NCBI GenBank assembly: GCA_000934665.2
Contig: KZ538488.1
Coordinates: 1 to 63,978, forward strand
DNA from: Catajapyx aquilonaris
Taxonomy: Eukaryota
DNA length: 63,978 nt
Reading direction: 5' to 3'
Each line of letters starts with the position of its first letter. Within the stretch, counting starts at the first letter, position 1. A model generated the notes under the pieces. The model was not told the DNA's origin and made no database searches. It was given only the letters and a program-made list of their open reading frames with translations. Shown in pieces: positions 27,901-39,900 of the stretch. Position numbers and translations under genes: made by a program.

Positions 27901-30900
27901 ATTAAAGCCACGCCATTCACTCTGTACTGTAAGGTCTTCTTAAAACCTGTCCGCCTCCCATCTTCAAGCTGGATTCAAATCATTTGTGCATCCGACTCTG
28001 AGACATTTTAAGGGAGGCGGTACCCCCATCAAATAAACCGCGCAATTTCTCAATGGCGGGGATTGCCTTCCACTACTCGACTCCCTTATTTCGTGCCAGC
28101 TCCTTATTTCAGAGTCAAGCCGACATGGCATCCGTCTTCATTAATCATGGGGCTCCCCTACAATTTCTGCGATTCCACTGAGATTACATGCAAGAAGGGG
28201 CCATCCGGGGGTCGGTTTTTGTTATATGCTGATAGATGATTCGGATTGTAAAGATTCCAGTACATATTATAATTTTCAATTAATTGGAAGAAATTCCAGG
28301 AAGTCGCCCTGAAGAAGCACATTTTACAAATAAAAACAGACAGAATTTGCAGACTTTACATTGTTACGTTACACAGATTGACGTTGTAAAAGAATTGTGA
28401 CATGCAGTATCTCCAAGCTACAAAGCCGAATTGTTGGGGTTTGGAAAAGGCGACAGGGACACAAAGCTCGTAGAACTGACCACGCTTGGCTTGTTTTTCC
28501 CAACGCCGAACTATCCAACATGTCTTCCGCCTCCATGCTTCACCAGAAAGAAAACAGAAAAAAAGGGTATCCAGGAATAAATAGTCTCGTTCTAGTTCAT
28601 GACAAGGCCCAATTTTTGTTTTCCTTCTTCGCTTCGCTCTGAGCCTCGAATGAAAGGCATGTCTTTCGTTGGTTCTTGGCGCTCGGATTTAGATACCTCA
28701 CACCTGCTCACCCTCCAGACTCTTTCCTCTCATCTCAAACAAGCAGTCCGGTCCCATTAGCCATCCCGTCACCGCCTCATCGCAACAATTTCCCAGCCAT
28801 CGCCTCCAGAGCAAACCAAGACCACCCTAGAAAACTCCTCTTTCATCTGGCCACCCTAACAGATGGGGAGGTTCCAACATGGCGACAGTCCGCATTCCGA
28901 CACACATGAGGCGAAAGAGTTGCGTAATTGCACAAATGAGGATTCTTTCAGATGAAAATTTCTTGAGTTTTAAGAAATATTTGAATTCGTCTGGCGACAC
29001 TGAGAGATAAGGAAGTGTCCATATTGTCAACTGTTTCAGTCAATATTTGGAGTAGGCCATATTTCAAATTGCCCTCAATTAAAGCGTATGTCCTTTCACC
29101 TGGACACTCTAGATTCTAGAAGGCTAGCAAATCCAAAATGGCGCCCAGAAAACTTCACCTGGCCACCTTGAGAGATAAGGAGTTCCCAAAATGGCCGCCA
29201 CAACCCTTACCCCACTCCAGTCCAATGCGCCAAAGGCCAAGTAATTCCGTTTCATGACTTAGGCCAGTAGGTCATGATCCACGGGAAGTTGATTAGACAG
29301 GTCAACGCTCTTGTCCCGTCTATTTCTAGCCTATGTAGCTCGCCATTGGGGGGCCGTAAAAGTGCAGGGACTTCCGGACGGGATAAAAATGGGGAAACCG
29401 TGTTGTGTAGAGGCGCCGCTCTCTTACCACCCTTCTTTTGATTCTTTTAAAAAAAATCAACCAGCTTCTAGTATAAGAGTTACGTAGGGGGTAAAATGGG
29501 ACGCAATCTCCTCTTTGGTTGGTAGGCATGCACAGCACCACCCCCCTGTTCTGCTGGAAATAATGCCGCGATTCTGCACACGCTGTTGACTTCTAGAACG
29601 GCTTTCCACCCCCTGGCAAAATGAGGCCTGCTTGCCTGCCCTAATGTTTTTCCAGCAAAGCCAGAAATGAGTAGGCCCGAGCTAGCTGCTGGGACAACAT
29701 AGTCCTCCTCTTATGGAAACAGTCCCCAGGCAAATATGGCCGTCGCTAATTAGTAAACAGGCTTGATGAACCGTTTGGACAAATTACTAGGAGTAACCCC
29801 CGCCATATTGTTAAATATATCAATATTACGTTTCGAAATGTATCGATATTCCTGGGCGCCTCTATTGGCTGGAGCGGTGTGACGTCATAGGCCGGGATTG
29901 GCTGGAGCGATGTGACGTCATAGGCCGTGATTGGCTGGAGCGATGTGATGTCATAGGCCGTGATTGGCTGGAGCGATGTGACGTCATAGGCCGTGATTAG
30001 CTCTGAAAAGATCAGTTACAAACAGTTTTGCTGCAATGCCAGCTCGTATTATCAACGAAAAATCGTTTCAACAGTAGCACTTCTGAAGAGAGTAATTCGG
30101 TCCTTATCTACCCGGACTAATGAGCCTCTAAAAAGGGGAGGCAGAAATCCTTAGAATGCAATCTGACTAGGTTCATTTCCTCTTACACGGCGACAAAAGT
30201 AATAATCGCGCTCTGTACACTCCCCCAACTTTTACTTAAGCAGTGTTTAAAACTGGCTTATTAATTCCAAGTGGAGACTCGCCCTGATGCAAACTTTCAG
30301 GCGAAATCTTAAAATTGGGGGAAAAAAGTGCTTTTTTGCAATACTAATGAGCAGCGACAGTGTTGATAAACAGCAAAGTTAAGCATGTAAAACAGCAGGT
30401 GGCGAATAATAGCTCATTAGCCGCCGCAAATATTCGCCAAGTGGAAAGGGTCTGCCTCTCTCTAAAGTAGTCTCCTTCAAACTACGGGCACTTTGGAAAA
30501 GCTGACAAATCCCCCATTATGCAAACTGTGGCACCAGCACTTTGTATACTTTGTTGACGAAGGAGGAGGTGCCCGGATATGGACGACCGGGTTGTATTGT
30601 TGGCGACGTCTGGGCATAACACATTCAAAGCACTGTAAGCGTGAAATTTGCAACAAAAAATTGCAGACGAGATAATTCGTAGATGGCAAAAACTGGGCGT
30701 ACACTAGTAATTCTGAAAATTACTCACCCTACGTATTGTTGAAAAAAATTCGCAATTTCGCAATTGTTATTTGCACTTCTTGTCACACACAATTCACACC
30801 CTCGAATAATCGCAAAAGTCGCAAAAATTTACTGAACCGAACACTCCCCAATAGAATGACCTCCTTAGACCCGCAAAAATATATCAGCAGATTTTGGCAA

Positions 30901-33900
30901 CTCGTTGCAGTTACTAACCACAAAAAAAAGAAGGAACAATATATTTTTCGGTGCAAGGCGGTCTTTTCCTGTCGTTCAGTTTGGGGAGGATAGGTTTTGC
31001 GGAGGTCATAAATTCATCCAAGTGTCATTGTCGCATTCAAAGAAAAGGGGGGGAGTCCCATGCCGCAATGACGGGGACCATGATTTGCGTCGACCATTGT
31101 CGGTGGAAAAAAAAAAGCATCTTCACTCGTCCAATTTTTTATTAGATCAACTTTTTTTTTTCTACAGCTGTTTTCTTCCATGGGTATTCCCCGGGCATTG
31201 ACATGACGGAAGCTGAGGATATACTGCTTGGTTTATTCCACTGAAGAAGTAAAAAAAACTGCAGTGGGCAAATTTCACTTAGGATATTGCGAAACGAGTT
31301 ATTGCCTTTATCGCACTGCTCCAGACTACTAGCGGAAAAAGCCCGGGCGTTATATTTGTGGCGAGGTATTTTTGAAAAAATGGGTTAAGTGCACTGTTTA
31401 TGGAGGAATTGACCTAGTTGATATCAATCCGTGGACCTTACTCAACGGAAAATGGTGATTACCTAATAAAGCGCAATCACGAACTGCGTGAATCGCAATC
31501 ATCCCACGCGCTGATATTCACACGAATTGTGTCAACAATAATTTTTCTATTTGTTTATTCTCATCTCTTTCAGGGATCTGGGTTACAACAACATCACAGA
31601 AATTCCTAGAGATGCGTTTTTTGGATTCACGCTTTTGGAGGAACTGTGAGTATATTTTTTTCCCGCCCTATTCATGTTCAACCACTATAAATCGCGACCC
31701 TTTTGTTTCCTCCCCCAGTAACGTTTTCATTTTTGGAGGAAAAGGGCCATCATTTATTACTAACCCTCCTCTTGTTTTATTACATCCGACTACAAATATT
31801 TTTCATTCCTACCCGACGTTTTTCGGATATTAAAACCTCCTCACAATGGGGGATGAGCGTGAGGTAAACACTCGCTTTTCAACATTACGAGAACAAAATG
31901 TGTTGTAATAGTCGCACGATTCCTGCTGTAAGAACATTTAAAAAAACAACTTGAGATCAAATCTCCTTTCCTATTAAAAGTCGCGTTATCAACCCCTTTC
32001 ATTAAATGCCTCCTCATTTCCTAACAAAAAGGTAACACGCTTATCTTTTTTCTCCAGGAATTTGGCTGGAAATAGCATTCACTTTGTGGACCCGAGTGCA
32101 TTTATGGACATTCCGCTACGAATGCTGTAAGCACAATTTTCACTCCATTGTGTGTCAAATTGATGCTGTGATGGCGTTTAATTGCAGGTCTTTAGAAAAA
32201 AATAATTTGGCTGAAATTCCATGGAGAGCTATACGAGTACTTTCAAATCTTCACACCCTGTAAGTACTGCAGTTTTATCACAGTTGAATTACACATCAAC
32301 ACAACAGCATATGCTGTCAATTTTTGAATAATGCGGTTACAGTACACTTACATAAAATACAGTAGTCATTAGGAGTGTCCCTTCACTCATTATTCCAGGC
32401 CCTAAGGTTGTTCAGATCCGAATCTAAACAATTCTGTCCACACTCACAAGAAACTCGATTCATAACATTCTTAATGAAGCTCTTTGACCGTTCGAGTGTT
32501 TTAAAAAAAGTCGTTAACCCACAAATGAACAGATGGGCAAAGAATAATTAGTGTCCGTAATGAACCCGCAATTTGGTAGCTTTAGTTTCGAGGGAATAAC
32601 CATGACCCCTTGGTCATCCACACGCAAAGGCACTTGGCCTCCAACAACCTTTTCGAATTGGGTCCTGAAGTTTTCGACAGCCTGAGCACCCTCAAACAAC
32701 TCAGGTTGGATGGGAATTATTTCCAACACGTACCCAGCCAAGCATTGGCCAATTTGGTCCACCTGGAGGCGTTGTAAGTAACACAAAAATGTGGAAGGAA
32801 GCTGCATGACTATGCATGAAATTCTGCATTTGTATGTTGTCATGTACGCTTAAAAAACAACATAATGGAGACGATAATAAATCAAGTCAAGCAGTTAAGG
32901 ATTTCCCCCCCTTTTTTAAACTGCACATTTTAATTAAAGGCGCAGTGCTCGTTGCCCTGTGTGCCGGCCAGCTTTTTGAGCAATATATTTCAACTTAATT
33001 GCAAGGAGTTTTATTACAGACTTGCTCAAATTAGCCGTTAATGTGTGCAGTAATTCAATCCGGGCTGGCGTATTATTTTTCATCACTGATTAAGAGAAGA
33101 AAGCCAGTAGCAATTAAGCACAAAAGACAGTTCATCATTAAATTGTATGGATAGTTAGCACATGTAGATTGGCGAACGGTCTGTTCTAAAATGATTTAGT
33201 TCAATCCTCTTTTTTTTTTGAAAAATGGTCTGGGTATGTTATGTATACGATCATGAAGTAATATTTAACTTTCACAATAACAGACAGCTTCCTGCACTAG
33301 TAGTACTAGAGATGTCGATCATACATTCAAAGTTGCTTAATTAGTTCATGGTCGCCCATTGTTTTTTTTCGTTTATATTCCGATTGACCCCATATAAAAT
33401 TGCAATAAATCCTTTCGTTGTAGTTACATAAAATTAGCGATCAACTCTCAATTTGCACATTTGTTACCTGCACGTCATATTTATCCTAGTAATAGCAGCC
33501 CATAACTGAAAGGGTGGACGACGATTTTTGTTCAATAAAAAAATGAGCTGCACTTATGTGGATTATTTCTAAAGTGTCATTTTGAGACAAATATTTTTGC
33601 CGTCCCTTTCAATTGATGGTCAGCAGCAAGCACAAATTGTCACACACTCACGCATGAAAAAGCAACATACTGCAGCACACCTCTAGAACCAAACAGTGCA
33701 TGCCACACCGCCATATGCACGGCGGTATATACATGTGAAAAACTACGCCAACAATTTAGCACGAACAATTTTTTTTAACTGTCCTCCTTTTCGCAGAAAC
33801 CTGGCATCCAACAAGATCAGCGTCGTGGGTCCGGAAGCCTTTCGCAACCTCACCAACTTGGTCATTCTGTACGTATTTCCTCTAACTCCTCATGAAAAAA

Positions 33901-36900
33901 ACAGTTTCGTCTCTTGATAAATTGTGTTGGCTGAATCGCACAAGAATAACTAATCGACGTGATTTGCTTTGTGCTCGGTTTTTTCTCAAAGACTCGATTC
34001 TTAGTTTGTTGCACCTGGTCTCACCCATTTATTCTGGGTCCCTGGCCCGTCTCAAGGAAACCACTAATGAGTCAACGCGCCTGAAAAATTTCTGGCAATG
34101 TCTTTTTTCTTCTTCTTCGAATTAATTGGTCAGGTCGTTTGACTGCCATAATAATTCTGAGGACGGAATGAGAGCTCGCGTGGTGTTGAGTATCAATCTT
34201 TCTCTTGGTTGCGCTCTGATTGTTGCTGATTTCTGCAAAACTGAATAAAAAGGAGCGGCTTCCATTCCCTTACCTACATGTAATGCGTTTTGGCCTTTGC
34301 GTGAGATTTTTTTTGTGTGTGTAAATCCGGCTTGGTGTAATGAGACAGGTCGGGGAATTCTCGACGGTCAATCAGATAGTGTCAACTGGCTTGTTTAACA
34401 GGTGGAAAGTCAGGGGTCGGGGTTGCCGAGCCATGTTCACAGCAATGATGCAGCAGCAAGAGGGATAGTTTGGTCAAATTGTCTTATTTGGCCATATCTC
34501 AATAAGAGAAAGGCTGTCATTTAATTAATTAGTGTTAGGTACATATCGAGCTAAGTTATTGTAGGATGTTTGCTCTCACAATCTCTGATTATTAGTGGAA
34601 GGTCAGATCCGGCGAATTGCGAAATTTCATGGAAGGTCAACAGTCGGATGTTCATACACCGTTTTTTTTCGTTGACCGGTTAATTTGGTGGGGGCGCAAT
34701 TATTAGTGTCATTAACATGGTGATCGTTTTTAGGGTTCTGGAGCGCAACAATCTGCAAACCATTCATGAAGATGGGTTCGTCGGCCTCACCTCATTAAAA
34801 GTTTTGTGAGTACTGCTCTTTTGTCATTGCGCATGGTTTTTATGTAACTCGATTAATTTTAATTAGAAGGTGGATGCATAAACACTGCAATTATACACTG
34901 ACTACAAGCTGGATGAGGGTGACTGATGCTTAGTATATATTTTGGGATAGGAAATATGACGCACTCTTGTTGCATTTGCACATATGAGTCATGGGTTACA
35001 AATTGTTTCAAAAATATAGCTTCTTAAAAAGTTAATTGGGTGCAATAATGATGTCCGAAATCTCCGTGATTAGTAGGAAGCTCATCCCTGTCGATATGTC
35101 CACCATTTCTGAGTAAAGTACATGTCGCTTTAAAATTAATGGTATTGTTGACAATTAGAAGCGTTAGAAGTTTTGCCGACTAAAACTAGGACATTGGCCA
35201 CTACACAGTACAAAATTACTCGAGATTACACACGTAATCACTTGACATAAGGACACACTGACTACCCGACCAAGCGTGTACATATGATTACACGAATGGT
35301 TAACCTCAACTCTGCCATCTCATGTACAAAACGCCCTGCTGTATTGTTGGTCATCATCATCATCATCATCCTTCGCGTTTTCCACATCATTAGGGAACAA
35401 AAATAGTAATCAGTTTCCTCGTACTATTCCAGCACACTGCTTGACATACCGTGCCCTTCTGGCATGACTATAGGAAGACCTATAGTTAACTCGTTTTTCC
35501 AAGCCGTTCGCCGCGTGTGTTAGCGCATAAAATATTTAGCATTTCCCTCGGAGCAACAGCTGCACGTAAACCCAATTTCTCCTTTCCACCCACTGTGTCT
35601 TCCCCTGTAAATAAACAAGTCGTATCTCTCTTTCTAAAGTACGGTTAATAAAGGGGTTGTTACACATCTGTCGAGAGGAATAATTTTTGTCTCCACGATT
35701 AAACTTTTCGCATGTGCAATTCATACACTTTTATCTCACACTGGAATTGTGCACGCAACCTTTGGTTTTTATTTTATTTTGTCAGGGAAATAAACGACAA
35801 CCGTCTGGAGGAAATGCCCGTGGCCATTACCAAACTGCCATCGTTGGAAGAACTGTGAGTATTTGCATCATTCCTTTGTTCTTTTCCTGCCAGATTCTAG
35901 AGCCAAGTCCGTTCTTCACACGTTGGCTTCAGAATTGTCCTAGGGCAAGTTCAGATCCCGACCTGGAGGAAAAACACAGATTGGAAACCATTCGTCTTTC
36001 GGTTTTTTTTTTGGTCGAACTGAGGGAAACTACGCACCCGGACTTGTTTCCGTTCAGAGAAATCTATGTTGTCGGACACTTTTTTGTGTGTGTGTGTGGG
36101 TGTGGGTGCCCCCTCACCTTTCCCTTTTGTGTAATGGACGGTCCAGCTCAAGACCGCCAGTTAAACACTGAAAGGACATTCTTTTTGGAACCAAACTCGG
36201 TCACTGGGTGCAAAAAAAAGAGGCGACGTTCGCTTCGGCGGAATTGACAAATTGTGAAGCCAAAATCATGAGAGAGGAATGAAAGTTGGTCGTGTCATAA
36301 CTTGTTTCATACCAGCATTTATGACAGCCCGATATAAAATTTGCTAACTTGAATTTTAAGCTGGTGGCATTTATTTATTTTTAATCAGCAATGTAACACT
36401 ATCACAAACTAGGTGCAAAATTCGTAATCCGCTGCTTTTACAACGTAATACAAAATCAAAACATTAATCCCCATGCAATTCATTTCCAGATCATCCATGT
36501 AATGCGAAAGTGCGCGATAACTGCACCCAAATTTGTCACAGGCCCCCGACGATTTGCATAATCGACTAAAACGCACACAAAAAAAAATGCGGATCCCCCG
36601 CATCGAATCAGGCCGCACATATTAAACGCAAAACGATCCCAAACTCTGTTGAAAATTTGAATGTGGTAGGCCCACCCACTTTGCAATTTTTTTTCTCCAA
36701 AAAGGATCATTTCGGCGTTGAATTGGGCATGCGAAAATGACCGCGGGCCAACCTGATTACTCTCAAATAATGGTCTTTGCAGCTGGAGCTAATCTCCAGC
36801 AAAAATTGCGTTTGGGAGGTGTCCAGAATGTAACTTGATAACGAGGAAAAGGTCTCGCTATTACTGCTGCCAAGGGACACCCCCGATGCGTCTGGAATGC

Positions 36901-39900
36901 TTAAATATTCTTGTACCCAACTTTCAAAGAAAATTATTTTGAGAGAAAATTACTTCATCAATATTTTTTTTGCTGAGGGATAAACTGCTTAATGTATGAA
37001 AATCAGGTGACAAAAATGGATCCTCCGTTCTCAGGACTGTGGCTGGTAACCGGATTTCATACGTCCCAGGAGGCCTCCTGCAAAAATCTCCGCATCTAAG
37101 TCTTATCGAACTCAAGGGGAATCCCATACGTCGTGTGGACTACAAGGCCTTCTGCCACCTTCCAAAGCTCAAGAAACTGTAAGTCATTCCCCTTTTTTTC
37201 AATTAGAAAAAAAAAATCATAGAAAAATATTTTTGTGTTAAATTTTACAATATTTCTCTCGTTTGAAAACTCTGAATATATGGGCTAAAGTACAAGTGTC
37301 CTGCATATAGGACATCAGGCAATATTTGGGTTAAGGTGTGCTATTTTGTATGAAGTCAGAATATTCATATCCTGAGCATTATTGCACCGTTCAATTCCCA
37401 AAGTTAGTTCCACAGATATAATAATCAGAAGTCGAGGGCAAAGTTTTGCGGATATGGCATGGGTCCAGGAATAAAATGCTGAGGCTAGAGAAATGTGTCC
37501 GGGATTTTCGAGCCCTGCTGGGAGATCGGAAAAGTTTTCGGTGAGGGTAGTACGGGGTAATGACTTGTCAACAAGGGAGCACTACGTCATAATATCGTTG
37601 CTGCTTGTGTATTCCGCCGACACACACAAAAGGGCCGAGAACTCCCCCCTAGAAATTGCCCGATTTATTAACCCTGTGTTTAATATTAGTGGTTCAAAAT
37701 TTGTGCCAAGCCTGTCCTTTAATTTGTCATCTTTCTTTTTACAAAAAGGACAGTAAACGAGCCCAATTTATCCGGGAGTGGACGCGATGGACAAATTTGA
37801 TCCGGTCCAAAAAGTTTGCTCGTAGAAAGCAATCTAATAAATTGTTTATTTCGATAAAGCGAGGGTTGACCACACTCCAAAAGAAGTTCCATGAACTTAA
37901 CGAAACAGCTTGTGCCAACGGTCCCCTAACACACCGAAAAAGTGAACTCGGGAGTGTTTGACCTTCCGTTAACCATTTTTTTTCTTCTTCTTCTTCTTTC
38001 CTATTTTTTTGTGTGTGGAAACCTTCCCAGAATTCTCTCGGAAGCAAGAGAGTTGAGGCAGTTTCCAGACTTGAATGGAACGAGCTCGCTGGAGATTCTG
38101 CGCATCGACCGATCCAGCTTAACCAACGTCCCCTCTTACTTGTGCCAGTTTTGCAAGAAGCTCAAGAGTCTGTAAGTGGGCCATGACATTTGTTATCCTA
38201 CAGTGGAAAATGCTAAATCTCTTTTTATAGTCGACCATTAAGTTACGCCCCTAGTTAAAGTTTTTTTTTTGCTTCCCCCCCCCCCCTTTTTTTTTGATCG
38301 ATTATCCATTCAGTGTGAAGGTGGCAGAGCAACAATGTATGAGATGTCGCGATTTATTTTGCCCGCGAGGTTGGTGGTATGCCAAGCTTGCGAAAGGTGG
38401 TGATGTGATTAATCTTGCAGTATCGACGGTTATTGCCCTTCGGCGAAGAAAAGGCCGCAGTAACAAGTTAGGTCCTAAAAATGCTCGGCTAGTCATGCCA
38501 GGTTAGCTAGTTCAGATGGAGGTCCACCAGAGGCAGCACATACCCTCTCTACATAATATTTAAAGAAGAAATAAATTGTCGCTCTATGTACTGTACAGTG
38601 CTGGACCTTAATTCCGTCATACTGCTGGAGACATTTTCCTACCTTTTCTTACTCCCACGGCTCACACTCTATCACTTCCATTTGCACATCAGAAAATGTC
38701 GCAAGCAGTATGACGCAATTAATGTCCCAACACTGCACGTTAATTTATTAATTTCAATTCGAGTTGTAAAAAAGACAAAATTCCGGTTAATTGTTGCTAG
38801 CCACTAATTCCTGTCGAATCGCCACTAATTTGTATGCAAATCTCTTCCAAAGTACTGACTCAAACATCCGTGTTTCAGAGATCTCAAATCCAACAAGCTG
38901 ACCGAGATGCCCAATCTGTCCAGTTGTCGAGACCTGCGCCTGCTGTAAGTAAATCATTACATTATAACAACTTCCAAGCTTTGGTTCCCGCGCATTTGGG
39001 TCCTAACAATATGCGGGCTGGCTTCCGGATTAGAATTAATTGGGGGTACCCACATTTGCAAGCTAATCTCGGGTTTGTTTTCCCCTTCACAGAGACCTGA
39101 GTCACAACCGCATCCAGAGTCTGGAAGGGACTCCATTCAACAGCCTGTCCCAACTTCAGGATCTGCTTATAGGACACAACCTCGTCAAGTACATTCCCCA
39201 AGACTCCTTCGTAGGCTTGACCAGACTTCAAGTGCTGTAAGTACCCACTAAAAATTCCGCAGAAGGAAGTTTAATTCAATGGCTGGTATCCTCTGGCTCC
39301 TTAAGGGACGTAAGCAGCAATGAGATCGTGGAAATTCATGAAGACGCCTTCCTGCCTTTGAAGCAACTGGAGGATCTGTAAGTACATCTTATCCATCTCA
39401 TACTTTGCTGGGGGAAAAAATCACATGCCATTTTCATATTGCGCACTCCCAAATTTTGCCCCATACAGTAACTCACAACTAGCTCCTTACAATCTGCAAG
39501 TTCTGCTTTAATGTTTAACGGTCTAAGTAAAAAAAAGGGCTGAGAGTGCAAGAAAATGGTAAGAGTCGGAATTATGTGGCAGACAAGGGTTCTTGCTCCT
39601 TCAGACGAGTCCTCTTGACTCCAATTCAACCCCTGAACCACATGAAAGGAGTTCTTTTCTGGCAACCCACTCGGCTAAAGCAGGGCGGACGTGGTGAGGA
39701 ACTTTTAGGCAGATTTCCAAAAAAAAGTGAAGAACGAGAAAAAAAGTAGCTCGCACCCTCTTTTTTCTTTGAAAAAAAAAGGTTTGAACATGACCTCAGA
39801 CATCGTATGTTGATCCGATTTTGATCTGGTTCAATTAAGGGTCAATCAGCCGTTACTCTTGTCCAATTTACAAAGTAATTTCAACGCTTTTATAACCTAT

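Noticed and set aside
29864..30002. Tandem repeat as a CRISPR array
   Set aside because: No unique spacers, no cas genes, eukaryotic intron
6976..31573. Many 60-190 aa ORFs in rk intron 1 as nested genes or extra LRR exons
   Set aside because: No recognisable motif or splice-bounded LRR was found by eye, and exon 1 joins exon 2 in frame. A small hidden exon cannot be excluded.
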